Assembly: GCA_963776345.1 (NCBI GenBank)
Contig: CAVZMH010000009.1
Location: forward strand, 1-64,000
Direction of reading: 5' to 3'
DNA from: an uncultured delta proteobacterium
GTDB lineage: Bacteria; Myxococcota; Myxococcia; Myxococcales; Myxococcaceae
Length of the DNA: 64,000 nt
Within the stretch, counting starts at the first letter, position 1, and every line of letters begins with the position of its first letter. This document shows, piece by piece, positions 30,285 through 41,236 of this stretch. A program made the position numbers and the translations under genes. The notes beneath the pieces were generated by a model, which searched no databases, had not been told where the DNA came from, and saw only the letters and a list, made by a program, of their open reading frames with translations.

Positions 30285-32078
30285 GCGAGCGGCTGCAGAA
30301 GTTCCTGGCCCGGGCCGGCGTGGCATCCCGGCGGCACGCGGAGGGGCTGATCACCGCCGGCCGGGTCAACGTGAACAACCAGCCCGTCACCGAGCTCGGC
30401 ACCAAGGTGGAGCCGACCAATCTGGTGACGGTCGACGGGAAGCTGGTGACCGCGCCCGAGACCACGTCCTGGTACCTGCTGCACAAGCCGCCCGGGGTGG
30501 TGACCACGCTCTCGGACCCCGAGGGGCGGCCCACCGTCGCCGGGCTGCTCCAGGGCGTGGAGCAGCGCGTGTTCCCGGTGGGGCGGCTGGACTGGGATGC
30601 GGAGGGCGCGCTGCTGCTCACCAACGATGGCGCCACCGGGCACCGGCTCCTCCACCCGAGCTTCGAGGTGCCCCGGACGTACCTGGTGAAGGTGAAGGGC
30701 ACGCCGACCGACGAGACGCTGGCCCGGCTGCTGGAGGGCGTGCGGCTCGAGGACGGCCCGGCCCGCGCGCTCCGCGCCGAGCGGTTCGAGGCGACCGAGA
30801 AGAACACCTGGCTGCTGCTCCAAGTCGGCGAGGGTCGGCCCCACCTGGTCAAGCGCCTCTGCGCGGCGGTGGGCCATCCCGTGGTCCGGCTCTTCCGGCC
30901 CGCGCAGGCGAGTATTTCCGTCGCGGGTCTCCAGCCCGGCGAGCTCCGGCCGCTTACCGCGGAGGAGGTCCACCGGGTCGAGGCCGTGGCCGCCGGCGGC
31001 AGCGTGCCGGAGCCCGCGCCGTTCTTGCCCCCTCGCCGGCACGGCCGCGCCGGGGACGGCGACGAGGCTGCGGAGGACTTCGAGCCCGGAGCAGGCGCGG
31101 CGCCCGGCACCGGCCCGGGTCCGGACGAAGCACGGCGTGCGGGGCCCCGGGCCGGGCGCGGCGGTCACGCGCGTGGGGCCGGAGCGCGTCCTGGTGCTCG
31201 CCCGGGCAACCGTCCGTTCGGGGGCGGGCGCGGCGGCTTCGAGCGCGGCGCCGGGGGGAGGGGCCCACGCGGGGCGCCCTCGCGCGCTCGCGGCACGTTC
31301 GGTGGCGGCGCGCCCGGAGCAGGTCGGGGACACGGCGTCGGATCGCTCGGAGGACGGGGCGCAGAGCGGGGCAGGGGTCCGCAGGGAGCTCGGTCCGAGG
31401 GCCCAGGCGGTTTCGGCGGGCCGAGGCGATCCGGAGGTAGACCGAACGAGGGTCCCAGGGAGGCCCGCCGCGGAACGTTCGGTGGACCTCGTGGGGGGCG
31501 CGGCGCGGCACCCGGCGGCCCAAGGCGGTTCGGAGGTAGACCGATCGAGGGTGGCAGGGACGCCCGCGCGCGGAACGTTCGGTGGACCTCGTGGCGGGCG
31601 CGGCGCGGCACCCGGCGGACCGAGGCGGTTCGGAGGTGGACCGATCGAGGGTGGCAGGGACGCCCGCGGCGGAACGTTCGGTGGACCTCGTGGCGGGCGC
31701 GGCGCGACTCCACGGGCAGGTGGCCGCGGCGCGACACCCGGCGGACCGAGGCGATTCGCAGGCTCGGGCGAGGACGCTCGTCGAGCACCCTCGGGTCCGC
31801 GCGGCTCCTTCGGCCGGGGGCGTGAAGGCTCCAGGCCGGTCGCCGGTGGCGGAGGTCCGCGTCCACCCGGTCGTCCATTCGGAGGTCCGCGGTCGACCGG
31901 GGGCGCAGCTCGCGGCAGCGGACCGGGTCGCGGAGCCGGACGCCCCCCTGCGCCAGGCCGCGGGCCCGGCGGACGCGGCCGGTTCGGCGCCCTCCCGCGC
32001 GGAGGCGGCGATCGACGGCCCCGGCCCGGCGGACCACGCGGTGGAGGTGCAGGTGGGAGAGGCGGCGGCCGGCGCTGA
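30281..32078 (+). CDS. rluB: 23S rRNA pseudouridine synthase (RluB/RsuA family) with long Gly/Arg-rich tail; 1-bp frameshift near 31568
   Basis: ERLQKFLARAGVASRR (S4 domain), HKPPGVVTT, FPVGRLDWDAEG, position after scpAB. The tail continues in the frame of ORF 31137..32078. Confidence 0.88.
31412..31760 (+). repeat. About 99-bp (33-codon) tandem repeat within the rluB tail
   Basis: cggaacgttcggtggacctcgtgg recurs at 31471, 31571 and 31670. Unit peptide GTFGGPRGGRGAAPGGPRRFGGxPIEGGRDARG. Confidence 0.88.
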
Positions 32079-32127
32079 ACCGGCCCTCACGGCCGGTCGT
32101 CGAGTGAGGTAAAACCCCGTCCCATCG

Positions 32128-33918
32128 ATGGATCCTGCCCGGCTCAAAGCCGACGCCGGTGCGGCCCTGGCCGCAGGACAGTTCTCGCGCGCGGCCTCGC
32201 TGTACGCGGCGTACTGCTCCAGCGCTCCCCGGGACCGGCAGTCGCACCTGCGGCTGGGTGACGCCTGGGCGCGCGCCGGCGACACGCCCCGCGCCATCGA
32301 TGCCTACCTGGCGGCCGCCCGGGGCTTCGCGGAGGACGGGTTCCTCGCCCGGGCCATCGCCGCGAGCAAGCTGGTCCTGGATCTGGACCCGAACCACACC
32401 CAGATGCAGCGCATCCTCGCGGACCTCTACGCCAAGCGCGCGGCCGGCGGACAGGCGCTCCGGACGCTGCTCGGGAAGCCGGAGCCGGGGCGGGACGCAC
32501 CGCTCCCGGTTCGCCCGTTCGCGCCGCTCGCCGCCGAGGCGCCCGCGGTCATCGAGGCCGGCACCCCCAGGCCCGGCCCCCCGCCCGTGGAGGCCGCGCG
32601 GCCGCCCGAGGCTGCCGAGCTGATGGTGACCGAGTACATGCTCGAGCCGGATCCCCAGGAGACGACGCTCGAGGAGGTCCTCCGGACCGCGGCCGACCGC
32701 CGGCTGGACACCCCGGTGCCCCTGGGGCCGCCGGCCGCCGCGGCGCCGGCTCCCGCGGTGGCCGCCCCCCCGATGGGTGAGTCCGGGATACCTCCGGCCC
32801 CGCTCCCGACCCCCGCGCCGGCGCCGGTGCCCCGCTTCGTCGAGCTGAGCCTCGAGGACGCGGGCGGCCTCGAGGGCGTCGAGCTGCCACCGGCGCCGTC
32901 TCCCCCCGCCACCGGCGAGCCGGGAACGGACCCGGGCTACATCGATCTCCAGCTCGACGAGGACCCACCTGCGCCGGCCGAGCCCGCCCCGCTCGCGCTC
33001 GACCCGGGTCCGCTGATCCACGCGCTCGAGCAGGCCGCGGAGCTCGCTCCGGTGGAGCCGACGCTGGCCCGGAACCCCTTCGTCGCTCCCGTCGCGCGCA
33101 ACGTGCCCCGGGCGCCGCTCTTCTCCGACCTCTCGCCCGAGGCCTTCATCGAGCTGCTGGAGCGCTGCCCTCTCCGCCGCTTCGAGGCGGGCGACCGCAT
33201 CCTCCAGCAGGGCGATCCGGGCGACAGCTTCTACGTCATCTGCGAGGGGCGGGTCTCGGTCCTCCGCGAGGACGACGGGCTCGCGCACCCGGTGGCGGCG
33301 CTGGAGGCGGGGGAGTTCTTCGGCGAGGTCGCGCTCCTGGCGGGCGGGCCCAGGACCGCCTCGGTGTACGCGCTGACCGACGACACCCAGGTGCTGGAGA
33401 TCTCCGGCGAGCTGCTCATGGACCTCGCCCGCCGTCACCCGGGGGTCGCCTCGGCGCTCAAGACGTTCTGCCGGCAACGGCTGCTCAGCAACCTGCTGTC
33501 CACCTCGGCGCTCTTCCGGCCGCTGGATCGAGGCGAGCGGCGGGAGCTCGCCACCCGCTTCCGGGCGCGCGACGCGCTCGCCGGCGAGGTGGTCATCACC
33601 CAGGGCGCCGCGGGCGACGGCCTCTACGTGGTGCTCGCCGGCGAGGTCGAGGTGGTGCGCGACGGCGGGGTGGCCGGCACGCTCGGTCCCGGGGACGTCT
33701 TCGGCGAGATGTCGCTCCTCGACGGGGTGCCTGCCAACGCCTCGGTGCGAACGCTGCGCCGCACCTCGCTCCTCCGGTTGCCGGCGAGCGAGCTGGCCTC
33801 GGTCCTCGAGCGCTACCCGGCGGTGCGCGCCCACCTCGAGGCGCTCCGCGACGCGCGCGCGGAGATCAACGCCCGGCTCCCGCTCACCCCGGACGACGAG
33901 CCGCTCTTCGTGGTCTGA
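32128..33918 (+). CDS. TPR-like + tandem cyclic nucleotide-binding domain protein
   Basis: N-terminal helical repeats, Pro-rich linker, QGDPGDSFYVI...FFGEVALL...PRTASV and QGAAGDGLYVV...FGEMSLL...ANASV. Confidence 0.87.
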   Translation: MDPARLKADAGAALAAGQFSRAASLYAAYCSSAPRDRQSHLRLGDAWARAGDTPRAIDAYLAAARGFAEDGFLARAIAASKLVLDLDPNHTQMQRILADLYAKRAAGGQALRTLLGKPEPGRDAPLPVRPFAPLAAEAPAVIEAGTPRPGPPPVEAARPPEAAELMVTEYMLEPDPQETTLEEVLRTAADRRLDTPVPLGPPAAAAPAPAVAAPPMGESGIPPAPLPTPAPAPVPRFVELSLEDAGGLEGVELPPAPSPPATGEPGTDPGYIDLQLDEDPPAPAEPAPLALDPGPLIHALEQAAELAPVEPTLARNPFVAPVARNVPRAPLFSDLSPEAFIELLERCPLRRFEAGDRILQQGDPGDSFYVICEGRVSVLREDDGLAHPVAALEAGEFFGEVALLAGGPRTASVYALTDDTQVLEISGELLMDLARRHPGVASALKTFCRQRLLSNLLSTSALFRPLDRGERRELATRFRARDALAGEVVITQGAAGDGLYVVLAGEVEVVRDGGVAGTLGPGDVFGEMSLLDGVPANASVRTLRRTSLLRLPASELASVLERYPAVRAHLEALRDARAEINARLPLTPDDEPLFVV

Positions 33919-33938
33919 CCTCTGGAGACTCGACGCCC

Positions 33939-34865
33939 GTGACCCTCCGCCTCGCCGCCTCCGTCCTCACTCTCGCCCTCGCCGGCTGCGCGCACACCGT
34001 GCTGGAAGGGAGCGACCTCGACCGGGTCCAGCACCCGGCATTCGTCTCCCGGGTGGCCGACGAGGCCGGGCCTCGCGTCTCGGTCTACCGGTCCGACTCC
34101 GCCCAGGCCTCGAAGCTGGTGGGCACCTCGCCGGAGGCTGCCGACCGGAAGGTCGAGGAGAGCCTCCGGCCGGTGCTCTCGCGCTTCGAGGCGGCCGAGC
34201 GGCTGCGCTCCCACGTGCACGCCGCCATCCAGTCGGAGCGGCCCTGGTCCCAGGCGGTGCCCCCTTCCCAGGTGGCCAGCGCCCTGGAGACGTTCCTGGT
34301 CCAGGAGGAGCCCTCGACCGCGCCGGACTACGGGCGGCTCCGTCCGCTCGGGGCGGATTCGGTGGTCGAGTTCGTCATCGAGGAGTTCGGGGTCCGCACC
34401 GAGAAGGGCGTGCCCCAGACGTGGGTGCGGGGCACCGGTCGGATGTTCCGTCTCGGCGACGGTGGCGAGCTGTGGCGGAGCGGGTTCTCGGGAACGTCGA
34501 CCGAGGCCGGGCTCCCTCCGCTCGACCCCTCGACGCTCGGCAGCAACCCCCGGCCGTTCCGGGAACAGATGGTCGCGGTGCTCGACTCGGTCTCCGTCCG
34601 GCTGGCCCGGCAGCTGAGCCCGGCCAACCGCGCGGGCGGCGCGCCGACGCCGCCGGGCACCGAGGAGCTCCGGACGCCATCGGACGCCCGGACGCCGCTG
34701 GAGAAGGAGATCGACAAGTCGAAGGCCGCCCCGCCCCCCGACGCGACCGCCCCGACCGACATCCCGGTCGACGTCGGCTCGAAGAAGAAGACGCCCCGGT
34801 CCTCCACGCCGCCGCCCGACGCGACCGCGCCGACCGAGGTCCCGGTGGACCCGAAGAAGAAGTGA
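33939..34865 (+). CDS. Hypothetical lipoprotein
   Basis: Lipobox LAGC; C-terminal duplicated PPPDATAPT[DE][IV]PVD. Confidence 0.7.
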   Translation: MTLRLAASVLTLALAGCAHTVLEGSDLDRVQHPAFVSRVADEAGPRVSVYRSDSAQASKLVGTSPEAADRKVEESLRPVLSRFEAAERLRSHVHAAIQSERPWSQAVPPSQVASALETFLVQEEPSTAPDYGRLRPLGADSVVEFVIEEFGVRTEKGVPQTWVRGTGRMFRLGDGGELWRSGFSGTSTEAGLPPLDPSTLGSNPRPFREQMVAVLDSVSVRLARQLSPANRAGGAPTPPGTEELRTPSDARTPLEKEIDKSKAAPPPDATAPTDIPVDVGSKKKTPRSSTPPPDATAPTEVPVDPKKK

Positions 34866-34939
34866 GCCCTGCTGTCGGCCGGCCGTGCGGTCGGACGGCT
34901 CTCTGAACGGCTCTCTGGTAGTCTCGCTGGCTCCGTTCC

Positions 34940-35992
34940 GTGTCCGCGCACGCTCCCATCACCGTCGACGGCTCCGCCGGCGGTCAGTCGCTGCGAACGG
35001 CCCTGACCCTGTCCCTGGTCACGCAGAGGCCGTTCCGGGTGGAGTCGTTCTGCGCCGCGCGCCTCGCGCCCGGGCTACGGCCGAGGCACCTGGGGCTCCT
35101 GCGCGCCGCCGAGGCGCTCGGCGGGCGGGTCGAGGGCGGGCAGGCCGGGGCGCTGAGCTTCTCCTTCCAGCCACGACCGGTGGCCGCGGGGAGCCACGTG
35201 CTCGAGCTGGGGGCCTCGGCGCCGGCCTGCCTGGTCTTCCAGTGCCTCTTCTACCCCCTGGCGCTCGCCGGGGGCGGCGAGCTGCGCCTGATGGGGCTTA
35301 CCCATGCGCCGAAGGGCCCGACCTACCACCATCTGGCCTGGGTCTGGCTGCCGCTGCTCGAGGCGTACGGGCTCCGGGCCACGCTCTCGCTGCAGCGGGC
35401 GGGGTTCTGGCCCGAGGGGGTGGGCGAGTTCCGGGGCCTGGTGCAGACGCCCACCGAGCCGCCGCTGCGGGTCGAGGTCCCCGCCCGGGGAACGCTCCAG
35501 GACGTGGAGATCCGGAGCCTGGTCGGCGGCGTCCCCTTCGACGTGGCCGCGCGCCAGGCCCGGGCCGCGGAGAACGCGCTCCGCGAGCGAGGCATCTACA
35601 GCCACGCCGAGAACCTGCCGCTCCCGGTGGGGAAGACGCCTGGCACGCTGGTCTTCATCCGAGCCCAGTTCGAGAACACCTTCGCCGCCTTCGCCGCGGT
35701 GGGCGACCGGGGCACCTCGCCCGAGGACGTGGGGAGCAAGGCGGCACACGCGCTCGCCGACTTCATGCAATCGCCCGGAGCGCTCGACGAGCACCTGGCG
35801 GATCAGATCCTCCTTCCGGCCGGGCTGCTCGCCTCGGGGAGGCTCGGGGCGTCGTCCCCGGGCATCACCCGCTTCACCGCGGCGCGCATCACCCCGCACC
35901 TCCGGGTCACGGCCGCCTTGCTCCAGGAGTTCCTCCCCGTGCGGGTGGAGCTCCAGGAGACCGGAGAGGTCGTGGTCGCGCCGCGCGGGTGA
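34940..35992 (+). CDS. rtcA: RNA 3'-terminal phosphate cyclase
   Basis: DGSAGGQSLRTAL, PGLRPRHL, GLTH, GFWPEGVG, DEHLADQ (adenylated His motif), TPHL. Confidence 0.88.
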   Translation: MSAHAPITVDGSAGGQSLRTALTLSLVTQRPFRVESFCAARLAPGLRPRHLGLLRAAEALGGRVEGGQAGALSFSFQPRPVAAGSHVLELGASAPACLVFQCLFYPLALAGGGELRLMGLTHAPKGPTYHHLAWVWLPLLEAYGLRATLSLQRAGFWPEGVGEFRGLVQTPTEPPLRVEVPARGTLQDVEIRSLVGGVPFDVAARQARAAENALRERGIYSHAENLPLPVGKTPGTLVFIRAQFENTFAAFAAVGDRGTSPEDVGSKAAHALADFMQSPGALDEHLADQILLPAGLLASGRLGASSPGITRFTAARITPHLRVTAALLQEFLPVRVELQETGEVVVAPRG

Positions 35993-36063
35993 GCCCTGCC
36001 GGGGCCGATCACCCCGGGGCAAATCGGGGGGCCGGGATCGACGCGGCCGAGTAAGAAAGGCGG

Positions 36064-37788
36064 GTGCTCCGCCTCCCGATCGTCGCGCTGGTCAACCTGG
36101 TGCTGCTGCTGGCGGCGGTGGTGCGCGCACCGTTCCGGCTGCTCGGGCGCCGGCGCGCGCCAGTGTACGTCCGCTTCCTGCTGAAGGGGGACCCGCCGTA
36201 CCGCCAGCCGCTCCAGCGTCGGTGGCCGTGGCGGCCTGAGCGTCACGCGCCGGGGCAGGTCACCTCGCTCCACCTGCTCGACGACGCGCTGGACACGCTC
36301 GCCGCCGACCCGGCGGTCAAGGGCGTCGTCCTCGAGGTCGAGTCGCTGGACATGCCGGCGGGGAAGCGCGCCTGGGTCGCCGAGCGGCTCGCCGCCTTCC
36401 GGACCCGGGGCAGGGAGGTGGTCGGCACGGCGGTGAGCGCCGGCAACGCCGAGTACGCGCTGCTCTGCGCCGCCGACCGCATCGCGCTTCCCCGCGCCGG
36501 ACGCCTCGAGCTCGCCGGCTTTCTCGTCGAGGCGACCGCGGCCGGGAGGGCCTTCGAGCAGCTCGGTATCCGCCCCGAGTTCGTGCGCCGGGGCGAGCAC
36601 AAGACCGCCCCCGAGCTCTTCATCCGGGCGGAGGTCTCGCCCAACCACCGCGCCGCGCTCGAGCAGTTTCTCGACGAGCGGCACGCCGAGCTCGTGGAGA
36701 GCGTGGCCCGCGGCCGGCGGCTGACGCCCGAGGAGGCACGGGCCAGGGTGGACCAGGGTCCGTACAGCGCCGCCCGCGCGCGGGCGCTCGGCCTGGTGGA
36801 CCTCCTCGCCGACGATCTGGAGCTCCCCGCGGCCCTGGGCCTCGAGGCCGACGAGGACCGGGCGCTCGCCGGCACGGCGGGCATCGGCACCTTCCGCGAC
36901 TGGGAGCGGTCGCGCTGGCTGCCGCGGGTCCGGTGGAGGGAGTGGCGGCGGCCCACGCGGCTGGCCGTCATCCCGGTGTCGGGGATGATCGCCCAGGCGC
37001 CGTCCGGTGCGCCCCCGGTGGGCCCCAGCGTCGCCGGCTCGGAGACCCTGGTGGCGGGGCTCCGCGCCGCAGCACGCGACCGGCGGAGCCCGGCGGCGGT
37101 GCTGTACGTCAACAGCCCCGGAGGCAGCGCGCTCGCCTCGGAGCTGGTGCTGGCCGAGGTGCGGCGGCTCGCCGCGCGCAAGCCGGTCATCGCCTACGTG
37201 GACCGGGTGGCCGCCTCGGGCGGGTACATGGTCGCGCTCGGAGCCAAGGAGATCTGGGCCAGCCCGGGGAGCATCCTCGGCAGCATCGGGGTGTTCGCCG
37301 GCAAGTTCGACCTCTCGCCCTTGCTCGCCCGGGCCGGTGTGCACCGGGAGGTGCTGTCCCGGGGGAAGCACGCCGGGCTCCTCACCTCGGCGCGCTCGCT
37401 GTCCACCGAGGAGCGCGCAGCGCTCGAGGCGGAGGTGGAGGAGATCTACACCCGGTTCGTGGAGCTGGTCTCGGAGCACCGGCGGCTCGCACCCGAGGTG
37501 GTGCGGGCCCGCGGCGAGGGCCAGGTGTACACCGCGGCCCGGGCGCGAGAGGCGGGCCTCCTGGACACGCTCGGCTCCTTCGAGGGCGCCTGCGCCCGCG
37601 CCTTCGCCCTCGCCGGCCGCGCGCCGCGCCGCTTCGAGCTGCACCCGTTCGGGCTTCCGCGGCGGCGCTTCCCCCTCCTGTCGCTGCTCCGGAACGCGCT
37701 CGCCCCGGCGGTGTACGCGCTGTGGTGGCCGACGTGGACCGCCCCCGGGCTCCGGGGCAGCGAGGACTTCGGGGTGGCCGGCGAGTAG
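36064..37788 (+). CDS. sppA: Signal peptide peptidase SppA (67K type, S49)
   Basis: GEHKTAPE, VNSPGGSALASE, VAASGGY, GSIGVFAGK. Confidence 0.92.
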   Translation: MLRLPIVALVNLVLLLAAVVRAPFRLLGRRRAPVYVRFLLKGDPPYRQPLQRRWPWRPERHAPGQVTSLHLLDDALDTLAADPAVKGVVLEVESLDMPAGKRAWVAERLAAFRTRGREVVGTAVSAGNAEYALLCAADRIALPRAGRLELAGFLVEATAAGRAFEQLGIRPEFVRRGEHKTAPELFIRAEVSPNHRAALEQFLDERHAELVESVARGRRLTPEEARARVDQGPYSAARARALGLVDLLADDLELPAALGLEADEDRALAGTAGIGTFRDWERSRWLPRVRWREWRRPTRLAVIPVSGMIAQAPSGAPPVGPSVAGSETLVAGLRAAARDRRSPAAVLYVNSPGGSALASELVLAEVRRLAARKPVIAYVDRVAASGGYMVALGAKEIWASPGSILGSIGVFAGKFDLSPLLARAGVHREVLSRGKHAGLLTSARSLSTEERAALEAEVEEIYTRFVELVSEHRRLAPEVVRARGEGQVYTAARAREAGLLDTLGSFEGACARAFALAGRAPRRFELHPFGLPRRRFPLLSLLRNALAPAVYALWWPTWTAPGLRGSEDFGVAGE

Positions 37789-37802
37789 GCTCGGCCGCCA
37801 GC

Positions 37803-38372
37803 GTGTCCGCGCGCGCCGTCGCCCTCTTCCTGTCGCTCGCCGCCGCCTGCACCACGGCGCCGCCCCACGGTTCACCGGCCGAGGCCTACCTGGCCGCGCT
37901 CGAGCGGGCCGACCTGGACACCGCCTGGTCCCTCACCTCGACGCGCTTCCGTGAGGGCACCGACCGCGCCGCCTTCGAGGCTCGGCTCTCGGACCCGGCC
38001 GCCCGCGCAGCGCACGTGGCCCGGGTGCGCGCGGCGCTCGCGCAGGCCGCGCCGGAGCTCCTCGACGTTCCCCCTCCCTCCGGCCAGCCGGCCGAGGCCG
38101 TCCGGGCGCTGGTGCGGGCTGCCCGGGCGGGGGACTTCGCCGAGGCCTGGCGCTGGCTCGCCGCGCCCGAGCGGGGGCGCTACACGCCCGAGCGCCTCGC
38201 CCGGGACTTCCAGGCGGCGCCCGGGACCGAGCTGCGCCTGTCGCGGGCCCTCGCCGCGGTGGAGCGCCCCGGCGAGAGCGCGGGCGGGGAGACGCGCTGG
38301 CCGTTACCGGGCGGCGGCGTGGTCCGGGTGGTCCTCGAGGACGGGGCTCCCCGGGTGCTGGCGCTGGAGTGA
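37803..38372 (+). CDS. Hypothetical lipoprotein
   Basis: GTG 37803, LSLAAAC lipobox-like motif; two similar halves (AYLAAL...AWSL / ALVRAA...AWRWL). Confidence 0.6.
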   Translation: MSARAVALFLSLAAACTTAPPHGSPAEAYLAALERADLDTAWSLTSTRFREGTDRAAFEARLSDPAARAAHVARVRAALAQAAPELLDVPPPSGQPAEAVRALVRAARAGDFAEAWRWLAAPERGRYTPERLARDFQAAPGTELRLSRALAAVERPGESAGGETRWPLPGGGVVRVVLEDGAPRVLALE

Positions 38373-38403
38373 GGGGTTTGAAAAACCTGGTATGGGGGCA
38401 ACC

Positions 38404-39480
38404 ATGCCCACCGACAAGGACGTGCTCGCAGCGCTGAGCACGGTGATGGACCCCGAGCTGAACGTGAGCCTGGTGCAGGCCGGGATGGTGAAGTCGGTCC
38501 GCGTCGAGGGCGGCCGGGTCTCCGCCACCATCGAGCTCACCACGCCGGCGTGCCCCCTCAAGGGGAAGATCCAGGCCGACGCCGAGGCGGCGCTGAAGGC
38601 AGTGCCGGGAATCACCGGCCTCGACCTCACTTGGGGCGCCCAGGTCCGCGGCCAGCCCCAGGGTGCGGGGATGCTCCCGGGGGTGAAGAACATCATCCTC
38701 GTCGGCGCCGGCAAGGGTGGAGTGGGGAAGAGCACCGTGGCGGTGAACCTCGCCGTGGCGCTGGCGAGGCACGGGGCCAGCGTGGGCCTGCTCGACGCCG
38801 ACTTCTACGGGCCCTCGGTGCCGATGATGACCGGCCTGTCGGACCAGCGGCCGGTGAGCCCGGACGGGAAGCGGCTCGAGCCGCTGGAGGCGCTGGGGAT
38901 GAAGGTGATGTCGCTGGGCTTCCTGGTCGAGCCGGACCAGGCGCTCATCTGGCGGGGGCCGATGCTCCACGGCGCGCTCCAGCAGCTGCTTCGCGACGTG
39001 AACTGGGGCGCGCTCGACTACCTGGTGATGGACATGCCGCCGGGCACCGGCGACGTGGCGCTCACCGTCTCCCAGAGCATCCGGGCCACCGGCGCGGTCC
39101 TGGTGACCACCCCCCAGGACGTGGCGCTGGCCGACGTGGTCCGGGCCAAGCAGATGTTCGACAAGGTGCACATCCCGGTGCTGGGCATCGTGGAGAACAT
39201 GAGCACGTTCGTCTGCCCGCACTGCCACGTCGCGACGCCCATCTTCCACCACGGGGGCGGGCGCCGCGCCGCGGAGCTGTTCGGCGTGCCGTTCCTGGGC
39301 GAGATCCCGCTCGTGCTCCAGATCCGCGTGGGCGGCGACGATGGGCGCCCCGTGGTCGCGGCCCACCCGGAGTCGGCGGAGGCCCAGGCCTTCGTCGCGG
39401 TGGCCCGGGCGGTGGCCGGCCGGGTGTCGGTGGCCAACGGCGTCCGCCCGCCGGGGGCGGCCGTCCCCGCGGCGAGCTAG
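38404..39480 (+). CDS. mrp: Mrp/NBP35 family Fe-S cluster carrier ATPase (ApbC)
   Basis: DPEL...LTTPACP, GKGGVGKST, DADFYGPS, WRGPM, DMPPGTGD, ENMS..CPHC. Confidence 0.95.
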   Translation: MPTDKDVLAALSTVMDPELNVSLVQAGMVKSVRVEGGRVSATIELTTPACPLKGKIQADAEAALKAVPGITGLDLTWGAQVRGQPQGAGMLPGVKNIILVGAGKGGVGKSTVAVNLAVALARHGASVGLLDADFYGPSVPMMTGLSDQRPVSPDGKRLEPLEALGMKVMSLGFLVEPDQALIWRGPMLHGALQQLLRDVNWGALDYLVMDMPPGTGDVALTVSQSIRATGAVLVTTPQDVALADVVRAKQMFDKVHIPVLGIVENMSTFVCPHCHVATPIFHHGGGRRAAELFGVPFLGEIPLVLQIRVGGDDGRPVVAAHPESAEAQAFVAVARAVAGRVSVANGVRPPGAAVPAAS

Positions 39481-39493
39481 GCTCTCGCCCCGG

Positions 39494-39931
39494 ATGGCGG
39501 ACGCTCCCCAGGACCAGGACGACCTCGGCGTGGACGCGCCGGAGGCCCACGCCGACGTGGCCCGCGGCCCGATCGTCGAGCTGATGCGCAAGGTCGCCTT
39601 CGCCGGCCTGGGCGCGCTGTTCATGACCGAGGAGGGGCTCCGCTCGCTCGCCGGACAGCTCAAGCTCCCCAAGGAGGCGCTGGGCTTCGTCCTCTCGCAG
39701 GCCGAGCGGACCAAGGACGAGGTGGGGCGCGTGCTGTCGGAGGAGGTCCGCCGCTTCCTCCGCTCGGACAAGCTCCGGGCGGATTTCCTGCAGCTGCTCT
39801 CGGGCATGCGGGTGGAGGTGACGGCCCACGTGCGGCTGGTCCCCGACCCCGAGCGCAAGCCCGGTGAGCCGCCGAGGCCCCAGGTCGAGGTGACCAGCGT
39901 GCGCACCAGGGGCAGGAAGAAGCCGGACTGA
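39494..39931 (+). CDS. Hypothetical protein (amphipathic, weakly phasin-like)
   Basis: Good codon usage, operon context; LMRKVAFAGLGALFMTEE. Confidence 0.65.
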   Translation: MADAPQDQDDLGVDAPEAHADVARGPIVELMRKVAFAGLGALFMTEEGLRSLAGQLKLPKEALGFVLSQAERTKDEVGRVLSEEVRRFLRSDKLRADFLQLLSGMRVEVTAHVRLVPDPERKPGEPPRPQVEVTSVRTRGRKKPD

Positions 39932-40326
39932 TGTCCTCCAGCGGGCCGGAGCCGGCGGCGAGCCTCGCCGACCGGCCGCGCCTCCTGCGGCGCCTCGTTC
40001 CGCTGGCGCTGGTGGGCGTGGGACTTCTGCTCTGGCGCAGCCCGCTCCTGCCACAACCGCACACGCTGGTGTGGGACCGACCGTTCGGTCTGGAGGTGGC
40101 CTCCGCCGAGGTCCAGCTCTGGCGCGGGGACACGTTGCTCGCCCGGGCGGAATGGCCCGACGCATCCAGGGGAACGCTCACCCAGGAGCTGACGCTCCGG
40201 AAGGGGCCGGTGCGCGTGCTGACCTTCGCCCGGCTGCGCGACGGCACCGAGCACCGCGGCGTCCAGGAGCTCGAGCTCGGCGGCGAGGAGGTGGTCCACG
40301 CACCGCTCCTCCCCGGCGGGCGTTGA
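39931..40326 (+). CDS. Hypothetical membrane-anchored protein
   Basis: TGATG coupling to the upstream gene; one N-terminal hydrophobic helix. Confidence 0.6.
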   Translation: MSSSGPEPAASLADRPRLLRRLVPLALVGVGLLLWRSPLLPQPHTLVWDRPFGLEVASAEVQLWRGDTLLARAEWPDASRGTLTQELTLRKGPVRVLTFARLRDGTEHRGVQELELGGEEVVHAPLLPGGR

Positions 40327-40371
40327 CCGGCCCCGAGCGCCGACAGTAGAGAGCCGGGCCGAGGCGGGACG

Positions 40372-41226
<855 letters not shown>

Positions 41227-41236
41227 GGGAGGCACC

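Noticed and set aside
31412..31760. Tandem repeat as CRISPR or mobile element
   Set aside because: No unique spacers; it is an in-frame coding repeat within the rluB tail.
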